This document shows positions 31,620 to 45,801 of a DNA stretch of 64,000 nt, one piece after another. Origin of the DNA: Paraphysomonas bandaiensis (Eukaryota; Protista; Chrysophyceae); contig CBFFRP010000379.1 of assembly GCA_965644295.1 (NCBI GenBank), positions 1 to 64,000 of the forward strand. Direction: 5' to 3'. Each line of letters begins with the position of its first letter. Within the stretch, counting starts at the first letter, position 1. The position numbers and the translations under genes are program-made. A model generated the notes under the pieces. The model searched no databases and was not told where the DNA came from. It worked only from the letters and a program-made list of their open reading frames with translations.

Positions 31620-33084
31620 ATCTGTGACAACCTAATCGATATAATCCTAATTATTCTCTAAAATACGCTTAACTGAGACAATTCAAATACAACATTATTA
31701 GCTTGAAGGTCATGTGATTATGCGGTAAACTGCACAGACACACTGAGCAGGGGTGAATTATAACTTCTACAATGGGGAAAGTTATTTAGCTAAGCTGGAG
31801 GTGTGTGGAACTGCTGCTGTGTATCACCCAGTCAAAGATAACAGTCATGCATCATATATGTACACTGTATAGCAGACACACGCCTAAATCGTATACAGAG
31901 TATACCGGCCCGTACGCCGACATAGAGTGTGTTTACCGGCCATTTTTAGTGGCCTATATCCTGTACTGGCAATGTAATCCTCTAGAAAATCCCAAATATG
32001 GGTTACTTTGGCGGAAGGAAGGCCTGTATATACCCCATAGAAAACGATTTTTTACCTCCCGCAAGTATAAATCCGGAAATCCTCCCTCGCTCTACTCTAT
32101 GCATGGGTACCTCACAGTGTTGGCTCTGTACTATAATAATAACAGCTATACACCATTAATTGGTATAAAGGACGACCAGTACCATTGATACCTTCAAATA
32201 TTTTCAGCAACAAGAGAAATATTATGTTTCACTATAGCAAGCGGCCTCAATGACATGATTTGTCAGAACTTGTTGACTTTGATGTCTTGATGTGCCGGGG
32301 GTCAACATTGAAGGCTGGGAATGTATGATTTTGGCTGCTCAGTACGATCAAATAGCGATTAATTTCATCATTGGTATGAATCCATGTTGCTGGATTCATA
32401 CTTCGTAGATTCAGTATTCAACAGCCCAGTACGTATAGATCTGTGTAGAGCTGTGACATGTATGATGCTGTTTATTAGGGGATTGGTAAGGACCAACGAA
32501 GCAACGGCCGGATTACTATGACGCATATGTAGCAAACAAGAAAAGTGCAACTTATACAACAGTATTTAATGCAACAAACAAGGCAAAATGGCTATGACAC
32601 GTAAATAATTATAATTGCAATTATAATTGACTATAGCCTGCTTCAATTAATTTGTAAATTAATGAAATATTGGAGTGCGTATATTAGTTGCTATACATAA
32701 CCATAAGCGGCACAAACTACATATATCTAGCTACAGGTTTATGACCATTAACATGTATGCATGTATTCATATGTGTTCACTCTGAAGGTGAGAGCGTTTG
32801 GTTGATTGCAACAGGCAACGGAATAAAGCATGTCTTAATAAGTAAACTAGATACCGCAGCATGAAGCACTTGCATGACGGATGCACAACACCATAGCCTC
32901 TATCTTTAAGGTTCAGATCAAGTGGTTGCGTATAAAAGATCCTGCATCAAAATCTAAGGCTTAACATGACACGGACAAGATTCCTACTGCTCTACAGAAC
33001 ACAACTTGAGAAATGCACTTGCAATGTTCAGCAGAGCTAAACTTATGATCTTGGTGTTGCGCAAAAGTATACATGTTATAATTG

Positions 33085-33335
33085 GACATTACACTCTACA
33101 TGTAAACCTTAATCTCCTTTCAAGTAAAAGTTATAATTATTAATCTCAATACTTCACTACATATTCATGTAGCATCTGGCAAAAATCTGTTCTCAAAAAC
33201 ATCTGTTTATCTTGATCATGTGTTCACACCTGTCACTCTTATATCCTACATAGTCACACTTCCTTTGTAACTATATTCGTCCGTTACACGTACGAGTTGA
33301 ATTTACCAATTGCACAATATATATCGCATCATACT
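33085..33335. repeat. Dispersed repeat; inverted copy at ~39552-39880
   Basis: Shared blocks CTTTCAAGTAAAA, ACTTCACTACATATTCAT, ACATCTGTTTATC, CACAATATATATCGCATCATACT. Confidence 0.65.
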
Positions 33336-34380
33336 GCAAAACTCAACATATTCTACTACACTTAATAATATGATATTGTTTCTGAAAGTATAATATATTA
33401 AAAATTATAGCTGTAAATTATATAGGGATTTAGGGTTCTAGGTGTGTTACTTATGGCGAAAATATTTCCTAACTACCCTTTTTCTACTTTAGGGATTTGG
33501 GGCATAAAAACGGCCTAATAAGACATCATGGAGTACAGGAAGTACAGCAAATGTATTTCTGGAACAGCATCGGGGATACCTAGATATCTGTCTGTGCAAA
33601 GCATATCTGAATATACAAAGCTTATTAGATTTCAAAATAATGCATTTTTGTCATATATTCAATTAGCATTTAGAAAGGAATTTGATGACAGTTACATTTA
33701 CCATTATATATTCCTTAAGTAAAGTATATTTTGCCACAGGGGTTGTCTCTAGCCAGCTCTGTGTAGAACTCGAGTCCTATCTCATCCTCAGAGTTTAATC
33801 CATTGTGAAACTCAATATTCACGAACATCAACAGAAATATAGTATTCTTGTGCTAATATGTAATATACACCATGGATATGACTGAGTTCCCAATCTCTTG
33901 TTGTAATATTGCTATTTCAACGTGGTTTGTGTTCGATGAATTGACTGATAGTGGTCATCATACAAAATACAGATTATTGATGTAGTACGTAGCGCCATTA
34001 ACGGTTACTATAATTGAGGTTGACCGACTTGTACACTTGTGGTGAAAACGAAGTTTTCTGCGACCCTCTGCTGTTTAGTGCAAGCATAATAGAGTGTTCA
34101 AGGCAAGCTCAGACCGTTGAAATTGTTAGCGTGGAATATTCAGATCAAATTTCCTTTCAGTGCGTAAATTTGAATGTTTTATAATTTATTGAACATGCTT
34201 GCGGGTGTCATACTCCACAGCTTACTCATTTCGAGACATAATTAGTAAGTATATGAAGCGCAACACACAGAGATAAGATTACTTTATCTTCCGTACTTTC
34301 TTCCCTACGACTACGAGGCCAGAAATATATAATCGATAGCTATATACAATAAGAATCTAGTACAAGTAGAATATATACTA

Positions 34381-35625
34381 CTATGTTGATAATGTAGGGT
34401 ATACGACTTTCGCATCGCTCTTCCCTCCACACTCTACTGGAACCTATTATACACCATCCAATTTGGGGTAAGCACATGAAAATTCACAGTGAGGCACACA
34501 TGCTATAATGGCTGTCATTATAAAGTAGAACACGACATGACAGGTATAAGTGCTTGTTACATATGATGTTTATCATTATATGTTCAGGTCCTTACAGTAT
34601 TAATGTCGACATAGTTATTCATATCGGGTGGACACGGGTATTCACCCTCAGGACCTTGTGCTAGTAGAGTAACTTTGTCTGCCGTGCGTGGATCCAGGAA
34701 GGCTTTGATTACCTACACCGTCTACTTGAGTACCTACACCCTACGAGAGCAGGGAAAGAATAGTACCTGCCACACAGCTCTACCGTACCACGGAAAGGGG
34801 TAAACAACAAGTCTCTTGAGTCGTTCCGGATAATTATCTGATAGCGTCTACAAGACGACAGAAAGTATCAAACGCGAGAAGCAATACATATCACATTGTT
34901 AAGAAATGCTACAGATATAAAACGATGTCCGCAATAGTAATAACGTAACGTACCTGTACAAACGCCTTTATAAATGAAACATCTGCTGGTGCATTGATCG
35001 CACCGGGTGTGTGTGCGGTGTGTACCAAAACAGTCACACTCTGGCTGGCGAGGTCGTACTCGCTGTCAGCTTTCGCGCAATTTAAAAGTGCCTGATCGAT
35101 AACGTAGGCTGCAGCAAGCACATACTGCTCTTTTGTAGCAGCCTTGGCGTCGTACAGCGGCCCACGAAAATATACAACTGGTGTAGAATCTTTCGCAGTG
35201 CCGTGCACAAATATCGTTCTCGTGTCAAGTGCAGGTTGTACATAGCCCTTCTTAGGTGGCATATTACCATTCCGCCATGTCATACTTTTCGTAAGCATTT
35301 CAGTGGCTTTTACAACAGAACCTTTTCGTGCGATGAGAAACCGAATAAGAGTAGACTCCGGCTCATTAGGAAACGCTTTTCTCATTGCTTCCAAGGCAGA
35401 TGAACTGATATCAAACTTTCCAGAAGTCGACTGAACATATACCACTTTGTTTACTTTCCTCTTTGTGGCTTTGTTTACTCGTTTCTTCTTAACGGGCCGT
35501 TTCGTTACTGCTTTAGGCAGTGGCGGTCCAAAGTGATCATATATCTCTACACTAAGAAGAAAGAAGAGAGCTACTAAACAAGCTGAGAGAAGAAAATCAT
35601 TTGATATCTTCAAATAGTGAAACAT
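34381..35625 (-). CDS. CRAL-TRIO/Sec14 lipid-binding protein with N-terminal hydrophobic segment, multi-exon
   Basis: TLIRFLIARKG...A..ML...WR; later exons DNYPERLKRLVVYPFPW, IKAFLDPRTADKV, VPVECGG. Confidence 0.85.
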
Positions 35626-35745
35626 TACAGAGTAAGAAACTTCAAGTGTTAGGGAATAAATACTTTAACGAACCACATAACAATAAGACCTCATTAGATA
35701 CAAGAACTATCATGAATAGTATGTACAAAGAGTATACAGATTACA

Positions 35746-36149
35746 TGTATGTATGTATGTATGTATGTATGTATGTATGTATGTATGTATGTATGTATGT
35801 ATGTATGTATGTATGTATGTATGTATGTATGTATGTATGTATGTATGTATGTATGTATGTATGTATGTATGTATGTATGTATGTATGTATGTATGTATGT
35901 ATGTATGTATGTATGTATGTATGTATGTATGTATGTATGTATGTATGTATGTATGTATGTATGTATGTATGTATGTATGTATGTATGTATGTATGTATGT
36001 AGGTAGGTAGGTATGTATGTAGGTATGTATGTATGTATGTATGTATGTATGTATGTATGTATGTATGTATGTATGTATGTATGTATGTATGTATGTATGT
36101 ATGTATGTATGTATGTAGGTAGGTATGTATGTAGGTATGTATGTATGTA
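35746..36149. repeat. (TATG)n microsatellite, ~400 bp, with TAGG variants
   Basis: Direct reading. Confidence 0.99.
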
Positions 36150-36249
36150 CATATAGGTTTGTTTGTATACTTCTAGTGTGCATTTTATTCTTTGCATAAA
36201 AATCTTTTAATTGCAATAGTTCTCATCCTCCGTTGCGTAGAAGTAAAAG

Positions 36250-37442
36250 ATGCATCGAGAAGACAGTAAGGATGGCGATATCAGCCCCTCCAAACACGCA
36301 GAGGAATCAGGGCGGAAGCATAACAAGGACAGTTCAGATAGAGGTCGGTCCAGTCGTGATGGTTCCTCTAAACATCACAGCAAAAGCCATAGTCGAGAAA
36401 GAAGTCGCAGAAGCGAAAGTCGAGAAAGAAGTCGCAGAAAAAATAGTCGAGAAAGAAGTCGCAGAAGCGAAAGTCGAGAAAGAAGTCGCAGACGCAGGAG
36501 CAGAAGTAGAGATAGTCGTCGTCGATATAGTCGCGATAGAAGTCCTGAATACAGACGCAGGAGATCACCTCGCAGTCGTTCCCGTAGTCCGAGACGCAGG
36601 TACCGTTACTCTTGCAGTGGTTGTTTGGATTGAATTATCTCAGTCTGTGATATATGTGACATGTGTTGTCGAAACTGAACTCCTTATGTTGCCTTATTTC
36701 TTTCCAGGAGCTATCGAAGGCGTAGCGCTTCTCCTCGTTACAGAAGGCGGTCACCTTCATCATCTCGATCTATGTCCCCCCTGTCCCGTAAGCTGCAAGC
36801 TCGCCAGCAACGAATCAAGACAGAGCAGAGTACTGCTAACACTAAGTTCTGGGACGGCTTCCAGTGGGTAGATAGGGCTCCTGCTGCCCCTTCAGGTGAT
36901 GTACAAGCAGCTGTGCAGGCTATCAATACTTCAGGCGCTCCAGGTCAGGCGGATTAATTTATTTCGACGTATTCTTTCTATCTACTAACTATCATGTAGG
37001 CGTGGTAGGTGGTGCACTTGGCCATCAAAAAGACAGGCGTATATATGTGGGCAATCTCCCCGCTGATGTAACTACAGACATCATCAAAGATTTTGGTAAG
37101 AAAATAGCCACTGACTGGACTAGCGTAAAATGTACACATTTTGTTCTGGGGTATGCTCTCGTAGCACCTACTTGTTTACCTACTTCATGAAACTTGCTGT
37201 TCTCACCACACTTATTCGCAGTTAACTCTGCCATGGTTGCTTGCGGGGGAGTGCCAGAAGGTGTCAGCAGCGCTGTACTGTCTGTATGGCTTGGCCCTGA
37301 AAACAAATATGCGTTTGTGGAGATGTGTTCTGCCGATTGTGCAAGCATTGCCCTGGGGCTGAACGGTATATCTTGCATGGGGTGCAGCCTTCGAATCGCG
37401 CGACCGAAAACATATAATGAACCAGGAGGAATGCTAATGTAG
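36250..37442 (+). CDS. U2AF65-like splicing factor (RS domain plus RRM), multi-exon
   Basis: Long RS region, KFWDG, RRIYVGNLP (RNP2), KYAFVEM (RNP1), LNGI...LRIARPKTY. Confidence 0.8.
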
Positions 37443-37929
37443 GCTGTCGATACGTGTACTTTTTGTCATCGTGCATTTGCATTATGTGAGTTCTGAATAA
37501 GTTAATGACTCAATAGCTTAAGTATTTCTCTTGGGGATCACAGTTCTAATCAAAGTGAGACCGTATTGCGTTTATGAAATGGCAGCATACAATTTACAGT
37601 TTTGAAAGATATGTTACCTTTCAATCGAGTTGACAGAACAATACAGATAGTACTTGATAGTTATCAGAGCTAGTAAAACATGTAGCTAGCACATAGTATA
37701 ACAGTCTCTATTCACACAACACACAACCACATAGTATCTCGTAATATGTACACTATCTTGACGGTGAACAGCACTAATGGGATTCACACTGCACTATTGC
37801 ACTCGTAGTCCAGAGTGTATAGTCACAATAGAAAGTAAGTACATAGAAGTCGTTTGCACCTCCATTGTTATATCAGTAACTGCCGTGAGACAAGGAGGAT
37901 GGCTATCGAATTTCCTAGTAGTTGTTTGT

Positions 37930-38350
37930 TGGAAATTGCTCATTCGTAACTAGATCTCAGAGAGAATTTGTCGTTGGACTAGATAGATTAGTTATTAATA
38001 TCGTTTACAAGAAATGTGACAAACAACACAATAATCTCATTTCGCTCCATGCATACTCTCCTACATATGTGAACCTATCGTTACTAAACATATAATATCT
38101 TGAAAGATCAATAAGAATATCTGATTATTACATGAGAACGGTTGTGTTCAGAAACTAGTTTTACATCTATAGACTAACTAATAACTGGGCTTGCTATTTC
38201 CGACTAGTGGTGAGCAACCGTCTCGGGACTGCTTGAAAGATCAAACTATTTCAGTTTCCCAATATATATCATCACAGCATTTGTACATCACTATATATAT
38301 TTCACTGTATTCTCGTACATTGTCTTCAAGTGACATCATACTGAATATAC
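37930..38350. repeat. Dispersed repeat with inverted copy at ~58395-58655, carrying a 120-bp insertion
   Basis: Colinear match to the reverse complement of ~58395-58655 except for 38112-38231. Confidence 0.75.
38112..38231 (-). mobile_element. Short truncated retroelement copy with 12-13-bp TSD
   Basis: Flanked by CTTGAAAGATCAA at 38099-38111 and 38232-38244; matches ~49060-49179. Confidence 0.75.
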
Positions 38351-40486
38351 TAGAAAATAATCCATATTCTCATATATTGTTGAAGTCGTTCTCCATTTGA
38401 CACTTCTGGGTTAGTTAATGCGATGTCTTTTTGTGAATGATTGTGTTGAGGTTAGCTGTTTGCGAGCAATTAAGAGCTGTATTTCTAAGATATTTGAATT
38501 ATGACCGCTACTTGAAGGATAAGTAGTGATCGACAGTAATGATGCACGATAGGAAGAAAGTGATGAACTAATGATAGAAAGAATAATAGTGAAACTGAAA
38601 TATATAGATTGTATAATAAGTTCATGATTATATAAGATCTGACAATATAATTATAGCAGGTATCAATGAATGATGAGACAGTTTATAATTTTACTCACTG
38701 ATTACTATAATGTAAGCAAAATTTGATAAATTGAAGTAAAATACTTATTGCAGACAGGAACAAAGCAAAGCAACATTACTCTAGTTTCAATTTTTACACT
38801 ACGATTCACCCCAACACACTACATGCTCCATCCATCAATATTGAATATTTCGTTTCCTCCCATCAGGATAAATGTTATATATAGTAGTTTGATTCTATTT
38901 GGGATATTTTTTGATATATTGATTGTTGTGTATATGCTGCTTTAATTATTCTTGCAGAGTTCTCTATATTAAAATGACTTAATATAGAGTCCATAAACTT
39001 TATTTCTGATCTGATCCTCATAGGATATAGGATATAGACTATAGTGATCATGGTTGAAAACATAAATTGACTACCTAAGGTTGAGTCATTTTTATTGCTT
39101 TGACTAGGTTATTCTACCAAAAATAGTGTGACTAGGTTGAATATTATTTCCATTATAATATAGTATTATTATTGATAATATAGTAGTAAATGTCTTATTA
39201 TTAGCAATCGGAGTGTAAAACTATTGTAGTAAAACAAATTAACTAACTAATATTATGCTTATCTCTGATATTCTCTTATTGATAATTAGATACAATTTTT
39301 TTGTTGGAGAAATTGCTTCAATTAGCTAATAAAAGTAGTCATATAGCTATTCAGTGTTATCATTATTATGATGGACGACAAGCATATGGAGTTGCAGGAG
39401 ACAGAAAGAGTTCTTTATATACTCAACACGCCAATAAAATAGAGTCGTTCTTATATCCATTGATTACACACACTCTGACTTTTTAAGATACCATATCACA
39501 CCACGCAACATATATATACATTAGTGGCTTACAGAGCATGTTGAGTTCTGAAGTATGATGCGATATATATTGTGTATTGTGCAATTGAAGTGAAATAATA
39601 GTGTGCAATATAGGTGAAGTCAACTCACAGGTGTAACGGGTGATTACGGTTACAATGGAATTAAGTTCAGTTACTGATGAGTGACTACATATGATATAGG
39701 AGTGACCGATAAACAGATGTCTGAGAACAGGTGTTCACCACATGTTATATGAATATGTAGTGAAGTGTTCAGATTAATAATTATAATTTTTTACTTGAAA
39801 GGGCATTGTGTTCAACAAGCAAGATTGAGGTCTACCTGCCTGTAAGAGCAAAGTTAACTTCAGTGAAATGTCCAATGCTAACAGAGCATCAAAACAAACA
39901 CTCAAACATAACAATAAGCTCATATATACATATCTACTTAACACAGGTGTACGTCTATGACTATCGAGCCTATCTGTAGATTATAAATATATAGCGATGG
40001 ATCCCCACTAAGTGTTATGGGTTAGGTCCAATAATCAACAATAGATCCCATATCTAATATATAATTGCTACCTACGATTCACCACCCTTGAGGAGTGATC
40101 AATATCTCCGCACTTCATAATATCATTTCTCACAGTATGTCTATTATCTACCGTAATTGTTTCATTCGAGAGATAATTTTGTACATCAAGAACTACACAC
40201 ACATGACTTATATATTATGAACAGAAGATAACAGTCGTTAACCTAATTCGATTACAGTTACGTAAGTTTATTTCCAGTGAGGACACTGAAACATACACGT
40301 TTACGAAACATAGGAATCATAGATTCGGGGAAGCGTTCAAACTGTAGGCTTCTTATTGATAACATTAAATTCAGAGGTTGTCAGAGAAGTAGATTGTACA
40401 CTCATATCAAAATTTCAATTCGTCTAACCATTGTATCATGCAATTTATGTCAATCTGTTCAATTGAATACTTTACCACTTAATACT

Positions 40487-41791
40487 CTACAGATATGATG
40501 ACACCTCTCTACATAAACTTTTATTCATAAATACTACTCTTAAAATATCGTGATTTGAATTTTCAGAAGAGTTTTCCTGGGGTGTAGATTTCGAAGGTCC
40601 AAACAGCAACCTACTACCGTAATTACAGCATTCAATGAAGCCACTGTTGACAAGGAACATCATAAAGTTCTTTCTCCGCTCCCAGTTCAGCATTGCATAT
40701 AGTTTCCAAACTTTTACAGTTTTGTCCAAACCTGTGGATATCAATGCCTGTCTGTGGCCAAACCTGTGAAATGTTGATGCCACAGATACAGAGAGAACAA
40801 CACCATCATGACTCTTAATTTTGTGTCGTATTTCTAAGGTTGGAAACGTCCATATATGAATGCTGCTGTCACGACTTCCAGTCACTAGTAAATGACTATC
40901 TGGCCGGGCAGCTAACGCCATGCTGGTGACAGCACTAGTGTGCGCATCTTTTTTATAGGCACACTGCGTAAAGGTATCCATTCGATGCACAGCCACCATT
41001 TTGTCCTCGCCACCCGATGCGACATACCCTACGCCTAATATCGTTCGTGCTACCACAGCAAAAACTGGCCCGTTGTGTCCACCAAGTGTGGTAATGTGAG
41101 ACAATTCATCTGTGCACGAATCGTGTAAGAACACCCGTCCATAACCGCCGATTGCTGTTATACCCTGATCATCACATATGTCTACAGAATACAAGCCTTT
41201 AGAATCGATCAGAGTAGAGTGGCTATGTAGGCAAGTGTTTCTACTCCATACGCATATATAACCATCTCTTGTGGTCGCTACAATTTTCCCCAAACTCAAG
41301 CCAGACACAGCAAGAGAGGTCAGGTTATTTCTACTATCTCTTAGATAGTTAATCCAATTGTATTCAGAATCAGAATTCTCTACTGCTTGCCATATGTGAA
41401 TGCCACCATCTTTAGACATAGTTATGATTTCATCAGCCGACTGGGAATGAATATGAATAATATCTTCTCTATGTCCTTCAAAGATACGAACAGTACCATC
41501 AATTGTATTCACCAGTTTGAGTTTGTTTCCTTCAGCAAACGCTGTAAGATAGTCCTTATTAGGGAGACACAACGCTGATTTGACAACTCCAACAGTGGAG
41601 AAATTTACGCAGGAATGTACACATGATTTGTCATACTCATCCGTTCCATATATAAACTCAGGCATTTCCACTGATTCAGAGCCTTCTGAGAGACCTACGA
41701 ACATGTTGTTTAGTGCAGTATATATCAGCTGATAGCACAGATGTGGTTTATTGAATACACATTCCATGATCATCATCAGACAGAAACACAA
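40487..41791 (-). CDS. WD40-repeat protein
   Basis: EGHREDI, GHNGPV..VASGGEDK, AHTSAVTS..LVTGSRDSSIHIW, STGLDKTVKVW; true start uncertain. Confidence 0.85.
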   Translation of the reverse strand: MCFCLMMIMECVFNKPHLCYQLIYTALNNMFVGLSEGSESVEMPEFIYGTDEYDKSCVHSCVNFSTVGVVKSALCLPNKDYLTAFAEGNKLKLVNTIDGTVRIFEGHREDIIHIHSQSADEIITMSKDGGIHIWQAVENSDSEYNWINYLRDSRNNLTSLAVSGLSLGKIVATTRDGYICVWSRNTCLHSHSTLIDSKGLYSVDICDDQGITAIGGYGRVFLHDSCTDELSHITTLGGHNGPVFAVVARTILGVGYVASGGEDKMVAVHRMDTFTQCAYKKDAHTSAVTSMALAARPDSHLLVTGSRDSSIHIWTFPTLEIRHKIKSHDGVVLSVSVASTFHRFGHRQALISTGLDKTVKVWKLYAMLNWERRKNFMMFLVNSGFIECCNYGSRLLFGPSKSTPQENSSENSNHDILRVVFMNKSLCREVSSYL

Positions 41792-42332
41792 GTATTGCTG
41801 TAGTGGACTGGCTACACAATATACGGGAATTCTATCCCGTTACCGGTGATAGTTTACGTCACCGTAGGCGGGGTAGGAGGTGTAGGTGAAAATAGCGAAC
41901 TACTTGGGTTTATGGAACACGGATCACTGCCCGGTGATCAGCCGGACACGGATCTCCCTCGGGCATGTAGAGGGGATCTGATGAAACGTCACAAAAAGAC
42001 GCTAAAAATACACCTCAAGAGTTGAAAATAAGTGAAAATGGTATCATATGACAGCCGCGTAGGGGTGTTAGCACAGTTAATTTTAATTCCTCACTGTTGT
42101 TTACTCTCATCACTATGTACTTATTTTGGATGATTTTATCTTCTGTTCGTTATCAGTTTAGATAGATCCGGTAGACTTCCCCATAGTGTTTGCTGGGATC
42201 GATAAATTGTCAGCCAGTTCTTTATTTACCATCATAGCAGTGTATATATAACGCCGTGTATATTTTCAATGTACTATTCGGCTCCACCACTTCCCAAGTA
42301 AGGATTGTCATATTCGTGTTTCTTATTTAACT

Positions 42333-43875
42333 GTGTGTTCCAGTGGCTCATCACAGCAATCATGGGAATCCACTCAGCAGAGGTCTCGTATTCGAACACG
42401 AGGAAAAGCGAAGACTCGAAATTCGTCGAATATTGCTGGCAAATACGGCGATACGAATGGACAATTGAAGTACGGCGAATTGAGTAGAAAGAAAAATTCG
42501 GAAGAAAAACACGATGATTATTTGGGAACTCTGAGGCATTCTCAGGTTGCTGTGCTCACCTGTATATCCTTGCAACAATGCCTGGTTACAATTTATATAT
42601 ATTCTTCCATATCTATATCTCTTTTTCATTGACAATATTCAGGGTTCACACCTTGGGAGTACCCTTCCTACTCCCGCTGATAGTCACGGGACGGCCATGG
42701 ATGCCTATGCCGCCACGCGCAGACACCGTGCCGCCTCTCGCTCCTCAGGTATACGTGCCTCATCCAGCAGACGACAAAAGGCTCAGCAACTAGCGGCTGC
42801 GGATCAGTCACAACTTCCTCAGATCGCCTCCGCAGGTGGTAAAAAGGTGGCGCAAAACAACGGTAGGGGTGGAGAATTAGTCATAACCTCCGAGGAACAC
42901 TCTACTGCATCAGTATCTTCCATCAAGGGACTCAAGCCCGGCAATCCCCACTGGATAAATCAAGATAATTTCTTCGTAGTGGAACGCATTGACAACAAGG
43001 ATCTGCACATGTACTGTGTCCTTGATGGTCATGGGGAGGTGGGACACCTCGTGTCCCGAAGGTGTCGTGAACTTTTTCCCAATATCATCGTATCAGGAGG
43101 GTTTGACATGAAAGCAGCATTTCTACAGATGCAGCAGGACTTATGTGCATGTGAAGTAGACGTACGATGCTCTGGCGCCACATGCAACCTTGCAGTTATA
43201 TCTGGAAACACAATTAGTGTTTCCAACTGCGGTGACTCTAGATGCGTATTAGGTAAACGGTTACCGTCTGGGGGGTATGCGGCCGTCCAACTGAGCAATG
43301 ACCACAAACCAGATAATCCGGACGAACGCAAGCGTGTGCTTAGCTGTGGCGGTCATCTCGGTTGCCGACAGGCGATGGTGAATCAGGGAGCTCGTGGAAT
43401 GGTCAGTGTACCCGTGGGCCCCACTCGTGTATGGTATCAATTCAGAGGAGACACACTTGGTCTCGCGATGTCTCGTTCTCTTGGAGATGCTGTTGTCCAC
43501 AGATGTGGCGTTTCGGCAGAGCCAGAGACTATCGATCACACTATAGCTGACGGTGACGAATTTTTGATCTTAGCCACGGATGGTATATGGGATGTGGTGG
43601 ACAACAATCAAGCCGTTCAAGTGGTACAGAATTTCTCGAGTAAGAGTCCCCAATGGAACCCCATGGAGGCAGCATCTTGGCTCTCAAAATTCGCCCGCAG
43701 TCGCTGGGAAAAGATGTCACCTATGGTTGATGATATTACTTGTATTGTCGTGAAGATTCCACATAATGGCTCCCCATCCGGTGCAGGGAGCAGTGGAAAC
43801 AGCATCAGTGCACAGCGACACCACAGTCAGTATCAGCAAGCACAACAGCAGCAATATCAACACTATCGTTCCTAA
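42333..43875 (+). CDS. PP2C (PPM) protein phosphatase; start uncertain, probable intron ~42546-42642
   Basis: NQD, VLDGHG, SGAT, NCGDSR, DHKPD, LAMSRSLGD, ATDGIWD, DDIT. Confidence 0.92.
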
Positions 43876-44933
43876 TTTTCGTATAAGACGTATACGTGAG
43901 CCATATATAAAATGTTATGTGCAGGTGTAAACCATGTGCAACCTAAATGCGGTAGTGTTACACTATGCGAGAACCGAATGAGAATATAGTGATTTTACTT
44001 GTCGTGACCTGGATCACAGCAATAGTCGTATGATTGTGGTGTATAGATAGATTTTATACCTCCGAAAACAGATATCCATAATGACCAGCGTTCTTTAATA
44101 TGTGAGGTTCCAGCTGGGTAGTTATCTTGCAATGGTGTTTGTACTGCATGCTTTCGGGCTAGTGTATACTGCACGCGTAAGATATACGGTATTTCCTACA
44201 AGAGTATGTGAAGGCTTTTACTATAATAATAAGTCAAGTATTGATGTAGCGTATATTTAGATTTTTTTGACGTCTAACTATCCCGTACTAACATAAGTAA
44301 CTGAATGTTGAACTCACGCAATAATAAGTAAAATTATAATCAAATAATCAACACCTCTCGTCATTCACTAAATCGATGTCGTCACTACTACCAACCAATA
44401 TATCATATCTTAGATAGCTACGATCTTGTACAGTCAATATATTTCAGTTTCACTAATACAATTCATATCTAAACATCTTAACTCATTCCATCCTGTTTTC
44501 AACTACTGTATTCTTCAAGTAACGGTCATAAGTCAAATACATTAACGTATAGCTTTCAATTGTTTACAAACAAGTACAACTCAACACTGTCGGCATGGCA
44601 AATTACCGATTTCCCATAGACAAGAACGAGATACTTCCTTCTAGCCAACCTATATCTATAATCTATAACGCTAATGACTGTGTTTTTACAACTCTAGAGG
44701 ACTTGGCAATCGATACAAATATCAAAACAAGACATCAATATACAAGTCGAACATCTCCTTATGTACTTTACGAATATAGTGCCTTCTTAACTTATCTAAT
44801 AAATTCTATGTGTCAAACAAACAACAAACTGTTAGAGTGAAGAGGATTGTGCTCTATACGATTGCTTCTGTGGTGATGACTTCCGCTTTTTCTTGGGTCC
44901 AATTGATCCAAAGATGTCACCTGATTCAAGAAA

Positions 44934-45801
44934 TTACGTCAGATCAGAATACATCGACATGCCTCTACCTGATGCTAAGCTACTCACAAAATCAGCAAAC
45001 TTCTCCTTACTACGGAGAATATCGGCGGATACGCCCAATAACATTTGCGCCAACTCTGGCTGTTCCAGAAGATGCTGCCGTACAAGCTCCACTTGTATAG
45101 GATCGGAAAATTTTTGTAACATACTCATGAGTACATCACTACCAAATGGTGCTTGCTCTTGTTCACCTCCAACTCCTTTTCCGCTGGAAGGGAGATCAAA
45201 CTGTGGTTGAAGCAACCGCATTGCATCTAGTATTGACTCCATAGTGGATTTGACATCCCCTTCACCAGTTATACCAGATTCAGATAATATATCTTGAATA
45301 TCAGGAATAGCAGAGTTCAAAGCCTCAACAACATCAGGAGGCAAACTCGCTGTGATGATATCCAGAAGCTTTTCAGGATCCTCCAACAGGCTTGGAAGAT
45401 CCTTCAATACTTTTCTACTCATTGCTAATCCCTCTTTTACCTTCATTTTAAGAACTGCGGGCTCGAAGTCCCACAATGACTGCAGTTCCGGTCGGTCAGC
45501 TAGTGTGGGCACTGCCTCTCTCACCATAGACGTTATGAAATCTGGAGATATGGTAGTGTCAAAATCAGGTGAATTAACATACTCATCCATAATATTCAGC
45601 ATTTCTTCTAGATACTTAATCATATCGCTATCAACTTTAGGCATGTCTTTCAATATCTCAGGACTTGACTGTGTATCACTGCCAGTGGATTGACCTGTGG
45701 TTGCACTGTCTTCCACAGGTGATCGCTTTCTCCGTGCACCCCACATACCCTTGCCATCCACCGGTATCAAACATGCAATAATAATAACAGGAATCCACAT
45801 G
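44934..45801 (-). CDS. Uncharacterised protein with signal peptide and acidic helical regions
   Basis: MWIPVIIIACLIPVDG leader inside a 338-aa ORF; may splice further downstream. Confidence 0.6.

Noticed and set aside
35601-36216. MYVC/HTYI repeat ORFs
   Set aside because: Translations of the TATG microsatellite
36233-36871. 212-aa ORF with VEKEVAE repeats
   Set aside because: Alternate frame of the RS-domain exon
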